Assembly: GCA_024276795.1 (NCBI GenBank)
Contig: JAJRWK010000272.1
Coordinates: 1 to 50,482 of the forward strand
DNA: 50,482 bases
Direction: 5' to 3'
DNA from: an archaeon
GTDB lineage: Archaea; Asgardarchaeota; Heimdallarchaeia; Heimdallarchaeales; JAJRWK01
Under the pieces are notes generated by a model. The model saw only the letters and a list, made by a program, of their open reading frames with translations, made no database searches and was not told where the DNA came from. How positions within the stretch are numbered: position 1 is the first letter of the stretch; every line of letters begins with the position of its first letter. The translations under genes and the position numbers were made by a program. This document shows, piece after piece, positions 28,135 through 37,315 of this stretch.

Positions 28135-30021
28135 CTACGTCTCGAATTTGGAAAGCACGCGGATAAGTTCTTGAGAAAGGTTAGAAAGCTCATTTGCAGT
28201 ACTACTTACCTCTTCCATCATTGCTGTCTGCTCTTCAGATGCGGCATTGGCTTCTTCCGAGCCAGCAGCGTTTTCCTCTGCCACTTCTCTTACCCTCTCC
28301 ACGGCTCTGGCAACATCCTCGACCGTCTGCTTTAGTGTTCGGTTAATGGTGTCTACAAGGTCCGCAATCTCTTCAGCACGGCTCTTTGTGTCGTCTGCGA
28401 GTTCTCTGATGCTTTGAGCAACAATGCCGAAACCTCTTCCGTAAATTCCTGCCTTCGCTGCTTCAATGGAGGCATTCAGTCCGAGAATGTTTGATCTCTT
28501 GGATACCTTTCGTACAAATTCTGCCGCATCAGTGATCTTTTCCGAAGCCTCACTGACGTATTCGATTAATTCGCGCAACTGTTCAGATACGCGGTTAACC
28601 ATTTCTGTCTGTTCACTGGCGCCATAGCTGATTTCAGAAACCGTTGCTGACACTTCCTGCACACTGGATGATGCTTGTTCTGCAGCCGCAGCCAACTCTT
28701 CAGAAATTCCTGCAACACGTTCTGCTACTTCTTGGCCTTGGTGAATAACTTCTTTCATCGAAAGAACCATCATGTCGAATGCTTGTTGCACTTCTGAAAG
28801 CTCGTCGGTTCCTGTTGGATTAAAGAGATCGACTCTGAGATTTCCTTGGGAAAGCATTGTTGCTTTCTTTCTCAGATCACCTAACGGTGGAATTATCTTA
28901 GCGCTACTGATGGCAATAAGGAACGCGACTATGATGATTGTTACTATGTTTACTGTCAGAATTGTTTGTTGTGTCTGTTGTTTCTGGAAGGAAACTTCTT
29001 GTCGCTTTCTTTGGACGTCTTCTTGGAGCAGTATTGCAAGATTGTCGAGTTTTTCGACTAGATTTCCAAGACTTCCCGGTATTCCAGCACTGGCACTACT
29101 CGTGATTCTACCAATATCACGAGTGAGAGTGAGAATGTCTAGAAGATTTTGCGAAATAATTTCTGAGTCTTCGATAATATCTTCGATGAGATTGAGAAAT
29201 ATTGGGTCTAGGAACGCTTTTTCCGTTGAATTTAGAATTTCAGTACTAGCATTAGTATAGGTTGCATTGATGCCTTGAAGGGTTAAAGCAAGATTATCCC
29301 GAATTGTGCCCACTTGTTCTTCGGTGAAACTTTCTACAGATAAAGCAAGAAGATTGGACAGTTCAGCTTTCGCCTTGACTTGAACTTCACTCCACAGCTG
29401 AGCAATTAGAATTGTGGAGTTGAGGATTCTGATTGCTTCTGCTTGATCCGTACCAATGATTTGATTTGCGTATTCAGTTCTATTGTCAAGCCATGATTGA
29501 ACATACGTGTTATTGCGGTCTATTTCTTCTTGAATATGAGCGGAGGCGTCATAACTGATTTTGTTGAGCCCTATGATTTGTTGGATTCTGGATTCCACAG
29601 CATACAAGTAATCAAAAATAATGTCGATCTCTTCGGTGAATGTTTGTCTGATATCATCGACTGCAATGGTGAAGTTTTCAGAGAATTCGTCTTGAATCGT
29701 GCTTCGTTTTTCTGCAGTATCTATGAATTCTGAATATGCAAGGAGAATATCATCCAGAATCGACGACCTAACAAACGAGGACTGTGTTCCAATGCTCTTC
29801 GTAGTGAATGTTGCGTAGCTTTCATAGAGTATTCTCAGGGTCGTTGTCCGAAATTCTAGAAGCTTTTCGAAGATTTCGGTGTTGATATTGGCCGCTTCTT
29901 GTCTTGGTGCAATTTCTGTTCGATCGAAATAGATAGGAGCAGTGGATGTAATCGCGAAAGATGTAATTATCACGATGAATGAAATCAAGAGTATAAATCG
30001 GATTTGGCTATAGAATGCCAT
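28135..30021 (-). CDS. methyl-accepting chemotaxis protein (TM, large extracytoplasmic helical sensor, TM, HAMP, signalling domain)
   Basis: MCP hairpin motif KRSNILGLNASIEAAKAGIYGRGFGIVAQSIRELADDTK. HAMP-like segment PPLGDLRKKATMLSQGNLRVDL...DELSEVQQAFDMMV. The ATG at 30021 is preceded by GAGGAG 8 nt upstream; the track start at 30075 is less likely. Confidence 0.85.
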   Translation of the reverse strand: MAFYSQIRFILLISFIVIITSFAITSTAPIYFDRTEIAPRQEAANINTEIFEKLLEFRTTTLRILYESYATFTTKSIGTQSSFVRSSILDDILLAYSEFIDTAEKRSTIQDEFSENFTIAVDDIRQTFTEEIDIIFDYLYAVESRIQQIIGLNKISYDASAHIQEEIDRNNTYVQSWLDNRTEYANQIIGTDQAEAIRILNSTILIAQLWSEVQVKAKAELSNLLALSVESFTEEQVGTIRDNLALTLQGINATYTNASTEILNSTEKAFLDPIFLNLIEDIIEDSEIISQNLLDILTLTRDIGRITSSASAGIPGSLGNLVEKLDNLAILLQEDVQRKRQEVSFQKQQTQQTILTVNIVTIIIVAFLIAISSAKIIPPLGDLRKKATMLSQGNLRVDLFNPTGTDELSEVQQAFDMMVLSMKEVIHQGQEVAERVAGISEELAAAAEQASSSVQEVSATVSEISYGASEQTEMVNRVSEQLRELIEYVSEASEKITDAAEFVRKVSKRSNILGLNASIEAAKAGIYGRGFGIVAQSIRELADDTKSRAEEIADLVDTINRTLKQTVEDVARAVERVREVAEENAAGSEEANAASEEQTAMMEEVSSTANELSNLSQELIRVLSKFET

Positions 30022-30252
30022 CTTTATTCTCCTCGCATTTATTGTTACTATTCCCACGAAACACGTTATGATCACTGTTTTTTTAGCTCGGATTCTGATC
30101 GATGATCGTGGATAGTTCTACTGAAAAGTAATTACAGTCCAGTTTTTTTAACTCTTGCGTGAATTTGAAGGAAGGGTAATAATAGATCGGGAGAAAAGAA
30201 GGAACTAGTTGATGCTTCTAACAACGATGATTCTTTTGGTGGAGTCTTCGCT

Positions 30253-31011
30253 TCAGTAAGTCATTCTTCTTGGATTGCGGTAAAGCATTTGTTCGTCACT
30301 ATCTAGCTTGATCCATGCATCCTTGGACTTTTGGATGTATTTGATTCTTTTCTTGACAGAAGAAACGACATCTTTGTAAAACTTGGCTATAGCTGTGAAG
30401 AGAACGATAGCATCGTCTAGATCTTTGGGCACACCTTTGGAGGCCATCTTAATGACGAATTTCCCTCCAATATTTAGTTTAGAACCGTTGATGTTGGCAA
30501 CCTTTTGTTTCTTTGCATTGTGAACAGTCCAATCACTTCCAAATGTGAATCGATTTTCTTCGAAATAGAAAGGATGAGCTATTCCTTCATCGACTATGGT
30601 GAATGCAAAGATTTTCTTGTCAAAAGACATTGATCGATTGACTCTTTCTAATGTAATAAGGGAGTCTGTTCCACTTAGATTAATTACAAAGACGGGAAGT
30701 GCTTTGCGAGCAGCAATTGACTGGGACATTGTTTTCGCAGTCAGCTGTTCTAAAGAGCCTCTCCAGCTTAGTCCCTTGGTGAATGTCTTGAGAACGAGTC
30801 GCCTTTCGACTTTGCTAGCTTCCCATTCACTTCTCCTAATGGCTAGATATCGAGTGGTTTCATCTTCTTCGATGACCTGACCGATTATGTCCATGTCTTT
30901 GGTGAATTGTCGCGATTTGGACATCAGCTCTTGTTGCTTTTTGATTCCGAGTTCTATTCCATGCATTCCTGTGCGCCAATAATCTACTTCGAATTTTCGA
31001 TCCAAATTCAT
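30253..31011 (-). CDS. hypothetical protein; weak tubby-C/LURP-one-like (DUF567-like) resemblance in the C-terminal half
   Basis: The ORF is solid (about 250 codons). FGSDWTVHNAKKQKVANINGSKLNIGGKFVIKMA...DLDDAIVLFTAIA loosely matches 'w.i.d..g..vA.i.rk...f.v.v.pg.D.alvla..v'. First ATG is at 31011; the track start at 31020 is a TTG. Confidence 0.5.
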   Translation of the reverse strand: MNLDRKFEVDYWRTGMHGIELGIKKQQELMSKSRQFTKDMDIIGQVIEEDETTRYLAIRRSEWEASKVERRLVLKTFTKGLSWRGSLEQLTAKTMSQSIAARKALPVFVINLSGTDSLITLERVNRSMSFDKKIFAFTIVDEGIAHPFYFEENRFTFGSDWTVHNAKKQKVANINGSKLNIGGKFVIKMASKGVPKDLDDAIVLFTAIAKFYKDVVSSVKKRIKYIQKSKDAWIKLDSDEQMLYRNPRRMTY

Positions 31012-31099
31012 GTTAATCAACCAATAATGGATGTCCTCTTATAACAAGGTTTCTCGATAAATGATAAGATATTGTAAGAAAAGCAAGAGTCTGAATGGA

Positions 31100-32128
31100 T
31101 TAATTGTTTGATTGAATGACGTCAGCAACAATGTCCGCTGCTTGTAGAATGTCGTCTCTCGAAATCATGCGGTGAGTTACAAATCGCACTAGGGTCTTTC
31201 CAAAGGACACTGCCTTTACGCCTCTTCCTTCAAGTTCCTTCAACAATTCAGAAGATTGATATTTAGTGTTAGCAAGATCAATTATCACAATATTTGTTTC
31301 AACCGGCCATACGTTTAGCGGTTCTATTGAGGAAAGCCTTTCGGCCAGGATCTTAGCGTTTTCATGATCTTCTCTCAGCCTCGTGATCATGGTTTTCAAA
31401 GCTACCAATCCAGGGGCAGCGATGACTCCGGCTTGTCTCATTCCCCCTCCAAGCATTTTTCTGTTTTTCCGTGCTTTTTGAATGAACTCTTCGGATCCAA
31501 CAATTATGGATCCGATAGGGGCTGAAAGCCCCTTAGACAAACAAAATGTAATAGAATCAGCAGGCTCTATGAGTTTTGCAACATCCATATTTAGGCCTAC
31601 GGCAGCATTGAATATTCTTGCTCCATCAATGTGTAACGAGAGCCCCCGGTCATGGCTAATGTCTGCGATTGCTTTGATGTTATCAGGGGGAATGATGGTT
31701 CCTCCAGCGCGATTATGGGTATTCTCTATGACAACCAATCGAGGAGTTGGGTAGTGAATGTTTTGCGGACGGATTTCTTCTTCAAGAATCTCAGGGGGTA
31801 TCTGACCCCGATTCCCAGGAATCAAATGTGGGATTACTCCTGCAATTGCCGAAAGTCCCCCAACTTCATAATAATAAACGTGGCTTTCAGCTTCCATATA
31901 GACTTCGTCACCGGGATTCGTGTGAGTCATTATACTTACTAAGTTTCCTTGTGTTCCACTTGTTACTAAAAGTCCAGCCTCTTTTCCTAGTATGCTAGCG
32001 GCAGTTTCTTCTAAAGTATTTACTGTTTCATCTTCTCGGCTGACGTCGTCTCCAAGTTTGGCTTCCAAAATGGCTTCCAGCATTTCTTTTGTTGGCAATG
32101 TAACAGTATCGCTTCTTAGATCGATCAT
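31100..32128 (-). CDS. ltaE: low-specificity L-threonine aldolase (PLP-dependent)
   Basis: MIDLRSDTVTLPTKEMLEAI...GDDV...TSGTQGN...FCLSKGLSAPIGS (PLP lysine) is the canonical Beta_elim_lyase/threonine aldolase signature. Confidence 0.85.
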   Translation of the reverse strand: MIDLRSDTVTLPTKEMLEAILEAKLGDDVSREDETVNTLEETAASILGKEAGLLVTSGTQGNLVSIMTHTNPGDEVYMEAESHVYYYEVGGLSAIAGVIPHLIPGNRGQIPPEILEEEIRPQNIHYPTPRLVVIENTHNRAGGTIIPPDNIKAIADISHDRGLSLHIDGARIFNAAVGLNMDVAKLIEPADSITFCLSKGLSAPIGSIIVGSEEFIQKARKNRKMLGGGMRQAGVIAAPGLVALKTMITRLREDHENAKILAERLSSIEPLNVWPVETNIVIIDLANTKYQSSELLKELEGRGVKAVSFGKTLVRFVTHRMISRDDILQAADIVADVIQSNN

Positions 32129-32179
32129 AGCAAAAACTCGTTTGGAAATTTATTATCTATTTCCTTGGAAGTGTCGCGA

Positions 32180-33502
32180 TTAGAAGTCTATTTCTGAGAA
32201 TGTGTTTGCTGGGATTTCAGCGATTTGGTCAGGGTATTTGGAGAACACTGGAAAATGCATAAGGAATCCAAGGATCGTAGCGATGAGGGCCCCAATAAAT
32301 GCGTATTGAAATGCGCGTTTTTCAGACAAACCTAATCCAAGTGTGAAATCAATGATGGGACCTGTTATGAGCAGTCCGCCGGCACCAAAAGAAAAGAATA
32401 GCAGACCATTATAGTATCCGAATCCCTTTCCACGGGTTTCTATGGGAATTATTCTTGCCGCGATTAGATATGAAAATTGTGAAGCGGCGTTGGTCATTCC
32501 ATTGAGAAGCATGATAAATATGAGGTAAATACCGAAATCACTGGTCTGGATCAAAAAGGGAACTGAGGTTGTAACAAAGATCGTGCTGAGCACAACACCT
32601 TTGTTTGCACCAAATTTGGAGGCAATGATGGAAACTACTGGACCGATAGCCATTGTCGCCAGGGCCCCGGAGGATCTCAATAGGGCGATTTGCGTTTCAG
32701 AAGCCCCAAACGTTGAAGGAAGCCGAGCGTAAAGGACAACGGGGATAAAAAAGGAGTATAAACCAATAAAGTAAATCGTGCTCGCCATTAAGAAGAAGTA
32801 ATACATTGGTGGAAGCTTTTGCTCTCTTCCAACAGACGATTCATTTCCCAATATATTTTTCTTTCCATCTTTTAGGGGTTCAGGTAACAGAACTCTCACA
32901 AGCAGTGCCGACACTAGGATTAATATAGCAGTAGCATAAAAGATGGTTCCACTTCTAAAGCCTTCTCCAGCACCAGGACGGTTGTACAGGTAAGCAGCGA
33001 GGAATGATCCAACTATTGTTCCTGCTCCTCCTAGTGAAGAAAGAACACCAATAAGTTTGGAACGAGTTTTCTCAGTTGTTAGGTCTGCAAAAAGTGCAGA
33101 CCAGCCAACATTGCTTGAACTCCAAATGAATTCAGTAATCGTCATTCCAATAATAATGACAATACCACTTTCAACTGGTCCGATTTTTTCATAAGTAAAT
33201 TTATGAGCCGTAAACAACAATATGTGAGCAAAGGCAGCAAACACCTCTCCAATCACTATGAGATCTCTACGAATCCGAAATCGATCAGAAACTCTTCCCC
33301 ACACTAGTGTTTGTGAGAGACTAGAGGCCAGCATTGACCAAAAGAACATTGAGGAAGTTAGCGTTGCGCTTACACCAAGCTCAAAGTACATGTAGATGGA
33401 CAAGAATGTGAAGAAGACGGATCTTCTGAATGAGATGAGAAATTGGAAAGATGAAAGTCCAAGAATCTCCTTATAGTGTAACTCACCAAATCTAAGGTTC
33501 AC
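32180..33502 (-). CDS. MFS-type transporter
   Basis: About 12 hydrophobic segments in a 6+6 layout with a central loop. The GRVSDRFRIRR motif after TM2 is typical of MFS ('G..sDr.GRr'). GTG start. Confidence 0.7.
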   Translation of the reverse strand: MNLRFGELHYKEILGLSSFQFLISFRRSVFFTFLSIYMYFELGVSATLTSSMFFWSMLASSLSQTLVWGRVSDRFRIRRDLIVIGEVFAAFAHILLFTAHKFTYEKIGPVESGIVIIIGMTITEFIWSSSNVGWSALFADLTTEKTRSKLIGVLSSLGGAGTIVGSFLAAYLYNRPGAGEGFRSGTIFYATAILILVSALLVRVLLPEPLKDGKKNILGNESSVGREQKLPPMYYFFLMASTIYFIGLYSFFIPVVLYARLPSTFGASETQIALLRSSGALATMAIGPVVSIIASKFGANKGVVLSTIFVTTSVPFLIQTSDFGIYLIFIMLLNGMTNAASQFSYLIAARIIPIETRGKGFGYYNGLLFFSFGAGGLLITGPIIDFTLGLGLSEKRAFQYAFIGALIATILGFLMHFPVFSKYPDQIAEIPANTFSEIDF

Positions 33503-33645
33503 AAGATGAGAAATAGCGAGGATTTGAAAGGATTTTTGATCGGAGAACAGAATGTAGACCGGAAAAAAGGAGATTTCAGATGCTCAACGCCCAACAACAT
33601 TGACAGATACTACTTTTTGACACTCGCTGACGAAATTGGGTTTGT

Positions 33646-34626
33646 CTATTGCGTATCTGAAAAGATCATGGTCGCTAATTTTCGAAGTTTTTCGACTCCC
33701 TTTACTTCTTCAGGCAAGTAAGGAAGCTCAGTTCTAATATAATCTGAAAATACTTGGCGAGCGTATTCAAGAACTTCTTGCTGGTTGTGGTATCTCGCAG
33801 AGCAGAATGCACAACTTTCATTTTTTGGCATGATCTGATTAATCACAACATTTCTTACCAAAATATTCTGATCTGATAGAGCAACTAGCAGTCTCTCACT
33901 CTCATAAACGGACATCAATGTTGGAATAGAAACGACCACGAACTCAGTTTCAACATGGTTCTGCAGATCCTCTCTGATCTGTAAGATATTTTCCTTGAGT
34001 TTTTCCATGATTTCGACGGATCGATCCCTTTCAGCCTCCATGCCAACCATTGATTTGAAGAATGCGAGCGTGTTGCTAAGTTTTACTCTCATTTTAAGAA
34101 GTTTTCCAAGAAAACTGTCTAGAAACTCGGGGAGAGACAACAGCCTTATTGTGTGCCCAGTAGGAGCAGTGTCGAGTATGATACGGTCGTAATCACCTTG
34201 CCTTGCGATTTGCATGACTTGAGAAAGTGCCACTGCTTCATCCATGCCTGGGGGAGTATTCTGGTGAAGGTCTGTTGTAAGGTCATCCAGTCCCAGCATG
34301 CTGAGGGATTGGGAAAGTTCGTCAGAAACGCCTTCTTCCTCCAGCATGTGTTTTACTTCTTCGGTTCCTTTCTCTGGGCTGATTTCGAGCCCGAATAGCT
34401 CGCCTTCGACTCCTTTGATCGGGATGACTTCTCCTCCTGAAATGTCTTGAGAAAATGAGTCGCTTAAAGAATGGGCGGGATCTGTGCTTATGATCAAGAC
34501 CTTGTCTCCTTGTTCAGCGAGGAAAATTGCCGTTGCCGAACTAATACTAGTTTTGCCAACACCGCCCTTTCCGCCGAACAGTATCATTCTCTTGTTGGTG
34601 TCATTAGCGAGATTCGAGAGACTCAT
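33646..34626 (-). CDS. get3: ArsA/Get3 (TRC40)-family ATPase with CxxC motif
   Basis: ILFGGKGGVGKTSISSATAIFLA (deviant Walker A), LIISTDPAHSLSDSF, DTAPTGHTIRLL, and the CAFC (CxxC) motif in ...PKNESCAFCSARYHNQQ, as in Get3-type members. Start set at the ATG at 34626, 23 nt after the upstream stop. The track ORF extends to 34731 and overlaps the upstream gene. Confidence 0.85.
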   Translation of the reverse strand: MSLSNLANDTNKRMILFGGKGGVGKTSISSATAIFLAEQGDKVLIISTDPAHSLSDSFSQDISGGEVIPIKGVEGELFGLEISPEKGTEEVKHMLEEEGVSDELSQSLSMLGLDDLTTDLHQNTPPGMDEAVALSQVMQIARQGDYDRIILDTAPTGHTIRLLSLPEFLDSFLGKLLKMRVKLSNTLAFFKSMVGMEAERDRSVEIMEKLKENILQIREDLQNHVETEFVVVSIPTLMSVYESERLLVALSDQNILVRNVVINQIMPKNESCAFCSARYHNQQEVLEYARQVFSDYIRTELPYLPEEVKGVEKLRKLATMIFSDTQ

Positions 34627-34649
34627 ATCCAGCACCAGTTTTCTTGCCT

Positions 34650-35207
34650 CTATTTCTTGTAACGGATGAAAAGAAGTGGGATGGCAGGCAGAGCAATTAT
34701 CCCTACAGAAATCAAGGAAAGGTAGAGCCAATATCTACCTTCACTGGTTTGCTGTTTTTCAACGAGCGGGGACAAGAAATAGCCTTGAGAGCTGGCCTCG
34801 TACTTCGTGCCATTAATATCGTACCAAGTAATCCGAGTCGGGGGAATGAAGACGTTCTCATCTTCTACTAGCTTAAATTGGAAGTAGTAAACATAAGATG
34901 CGTTGGGTTTTAGTTCTTCAATAAAATCGATGTGTGGCGTATTTTCGAGTCTAAGTACGCCTTTTGGTGTTATCGGTTCTGCGATAGTAACATTATACGC
35001 CGAGCTGTTTCCGTAGTTGGTCACATTTACTAGAGCAATGGTTTGCTCGCCGATTTTTAGTTCCGTTTTTTCAATATACTTGGAGACATCGAGAGCCCCG
35101 AATGCCGGAGTCGGTTTTTCCACTGCTGTAGACGCCGACAAATTAGCAAATAGGATAACCAGAAGAACTACAGTTGATAGTTTTGCACGAGTGGAGTTCA
35201 TAGGCAT
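34650..35207 (-). CDS. TRAP-beta (SSR2)-like type I membrane protein: signal peptide, single Ig/CARDB-like domain, C-terminal TM
   Basis: 183-185 aa. Signal peptide LSTVVLLVILFANLSAS. Ig-like block IALVNVTNYGNSSAYNVTIAE ... LKPNASYVYYFQF ... PPTRITWYD. C-terminal anchor YLSLISVGIIALPAIPLLFIRYKK. Layout and several blocks parallel human SSR2 as I remember it (YNIYNVGSSAALDVELSD ... TSATITY ... LPSIGIPLLLWYSSKRKY). The second ATG at 35201 has better GGTG spacing. Confidence 0.5.
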   Translation of the reverse strand: MPMNSTRAKLSTVVLLVILFANLSASTAVEKPTPAFGALDVSKYIEKTELKIGEQTIALVNVTNYGNSSAYNVTIAEPITPKGVLRLENTPHIDFIEELKPNASYVYYFQFKLVEDENVFIPPTRITWYDINGTKYEASSQGYFLSPLVEKQQTSEGRYWLYLSLISVGIIALPAIPLLFIRYKK

Positions 35208-35360
35208 CGCACCGTTCTACGCTTTTCGCTTAGAACTGTAGTTATAATGCTTTTTGCTGGAGACACTAAAAGAAAAATACATCGATCTTTCGTGATCAGC
35301 TCAAACAATTGCTGGAGATAAGAGAGGGGGGGATGAAAATCAAGCAAATCGAAGTTAATT

Positions 35361-35951
35361 TTAGGCAAATGGAGTGCTGAGTGTGCCAGCTTTGATCAAT
35401 GTAGAGCCACTCTCACCAGGGAGTCTCCATTCGACCCATACTTCCCATGTATAGATAGTGTTACCATCAAGGTTTAGGGAGGTGTGCACAAAGTTGTTGG
35501 TTGCAGATGCACCAGTATAGGCAAAATCAAGGTCATTGTAGGTTCTTGACCCTTGAATTGTACGGGTGCTCTCAGATTGGGACGAGAACGTGCTTGTGGC
35601 AAGGTTTCCCTGCCAATATTGCTGTCCACCAAGATTTCTGCTGGCTGCTCTAAAATACCAGTTGTTTGCAGTGTTCTTAAGATAAATATTCTCAATAATA
35701 ACAGCGTCTGCGCCATCGACCGTGAGAGTGAAGTCTAGCTGGATGATGTTGTTGTGGTTATCGCTATCTCGTTGGATAATACCATTCGTCCATGAAGCCG
35801 TAACAGTAGCGGTTCCGGTCGTATTACTCAAATAGTTATTTACGACGACCCAGATCACGGCTCCAGCAGCCACCGTTAGAGCAATCAGCAATACAGTGGC
35901 AACAACTGGAGAAACTCCTTTCCGATCTAATGATTTCATTAATTTAAACAT
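35361..35951 (-). CDS. archaeal type IV pilin-like protein (class III signal peptide)
   Basis: MFKLMKSLDRKGVSPVVATVLLIALTVAAGAVIWVVV is the canonical archaeal prepilin/archaellin-like N-terminus (K/R-G-[VI]-S-P-V-[IV]-A-T-V-L-L). The ATG at 35951 is preceded by AAGGTGA. Confidence 0.8.
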   Translation of the reverse strand: MFKLMKSLDRKGVSPVVATVLLIALTVAAGAVIWVVVNNYLSNTTGTATVTASWTNGIIQRDSDNHNNIIQLDFTLTVDGADAVIIENIYLKNTANNWYFRAASRNLGGQQYWQGNLATSTFSSQSESTRTIQGSRTYNDLDFAYTGASATNNFVHTSLNLDGNTIYTWEVWVEWRLPGESGSTLIKAGTLSTPFA

Positions 35952-36147
35952 GGTTCCTTCACCTTCTCCTTCCTCTTGAGGAAAAGTCATGTTAAGATTA
36001 ACGGGCCTAAAATATAAGCTTTATAGATATTTATTCCCGCTCTTTCCGAAAAATCCCGAAAACCTTTGTTTTTTGAAGAATGAGCGGGTAACAAGAGGGT
36101 CAATTTTGACGACCAAAAAGTAAGAACTTTTCCAAATTGGCTCTGAA

Positions 36148-37266
36148 TTATGCTTGGAAAGGAATGATATTTTGATCAACAGATCTTAAGCCAAACGGCG
36201 AATTGGCAAATAGAATAACTTGTATCCTTGCCACTTGTCCAACTACGTCGGGTGTCAAAGAAATACCGATCCCCGTTGTGAGTAATCCTTTCACAGGGCG
36301 CAAGATAGTCCATTTCATGATGTGAATTATGTCATCTTGACTGGAAAGAATTCTCACTTCCATATATGGTCTTGCAGGAGCTCCTGAGAAGAGGAAAGAC
36401 ACGGCCACTTGGAAGTACAAACGATTGATGCTTACCGTTTCAACTTGGGACTTGATGCTTGTTTGAACCCCGATTTCAACAGACTTAATCTCTCCAGATG
36501 TTGTGAAACCAAAAAAGCCTACAACCCAAGCGCCTAAAAGCAAGCTTATCAAAAGAATGAGAACAAGAGTAATTGCAACCACTTGGAATCGTCTGTTCTT
36601 TGCTAAGAGCTCTCGCCAGGAAGTGCTGGACTGGGAACTGACTTTGTTCTCGTTTGAAGTGCCTGACGCGTCAGTAAGTTCACCCGATTTCTCAAGCTTC
36701 TCGGGTTTTGATTCTGGCCAGAACATTAGCGCCAAAAATCCCAGTATAGCGGAGATATACACCATAACTGTGTTTTTCGTAGCATCTGAACGAATCAAAC
36801 TGATTTCTCCAAGCCAGGGCAGTCTTGAGACTACGACTCCAATGATTGATTCATACGAAACGAGGCCTCCACCAAGGAGGGTATTATCTGGAACTGAGTT
36901 CTCGATTGGATTGTCTCCTTTGACTCTGAAAAATAATTGAGTCTCACCATTGATTGTTAGCTCAACAATTTCGATGACTCGATGGATGATCAATGGAGCG
37001 TTGGAAAGCTGGTTTCGATAAACGATAACATCTCCAATTTTGATTTCAGAAGCAGGTTTCTCCTTAATAATGAAAATATCTCCCTGGAAATAACCTGGAT
37101 ACATTGAGTTTAAATCTTCGTTAACGATAACCACTAGAGAATAAGGCCCTACAGTGAATGAATAGACGGTAACAAGTAGCAAGACAGCCATGGCGGCGTA
37201 TCCAGCGTTTTTTTTGGTTAACAGATTGTCCTTGACTGAACTGGAACTGGATTCCTCCAAACTCAC
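36148..37266 (-). CDS. signal peptidase I, archaeal/ER Sec11 type (S26B), with ~190-aa C-terminal extension
   Basis: LNSMYPGYFQGDIFII (catalytic Ser box), IGDVIVYR, PLIIHRVIE (His box) and FRVKGDNP (GDN box) align with Sec11/SPC18-21. A further TM (VVAITLVLILLISLLLGAWVVGFFGF) and a beta-rich domain follow. GTG start. Confidence 0.8.
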   Translation of the reverse strand: MSLEESSSSSVKDNLLTKKNAGYAAMAVLLLVTVYSFTVGPYSLVVIVNEDLNSMYPGYFQGDIFIIKEKPASEIKIGDVIVYRNQLSNAPLIIHRVIEIVELTINGETQLFFRVKGDNPIENSVPDNTLLGGGLVSYESIIGVVVSRLPWLGEISLIRSDATKNTVMVYISAILGFLALMFWPESKPEKLEKSGELTDASGTSNENKVSSQSSTSWRELLAKNRRFQVVAITLVLILLISLLLGAWVVGFFGFTTSGEIKSVEIGVQTSIKSQVETVSINRLYFQVAVSFLFSGAPARPYMEVRILSSQDDIIHIMKWTILRPVKGLLTTGIGISLTPDVVGQVARIQVILFANSPFGLRSVDQNIIPFQA

Positions 37267-37315
37267 AAGTAGATCGTAAATAAGGAAATGAAAAAACTTT
37301 CCGTTTTCATTATTT

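Noticed and set aside
28772-29260. 162-aa plus-strand ORF. Similar long antisense ORFs occur at 16826..17224, 36503..36940, 39277..39675, 26503..26850 and 8878..9243.
   Set aside because: All lie entirely inside strongly supported minus-strand genes. They have Ser/Cys/Arg-rich shadow-frame composition and no SD or TATA signals.
34627-34731. N-terminal extension of the Get3 ORF containing CRDNCSAC (a possible extra metal site).
   Set aside because: It overlaps the end of the upstream TRAP-beta-like gene by 82 nt. The ATG at 34626 gives a canonical Get3/ArsA N-terminus just before the P-loop.
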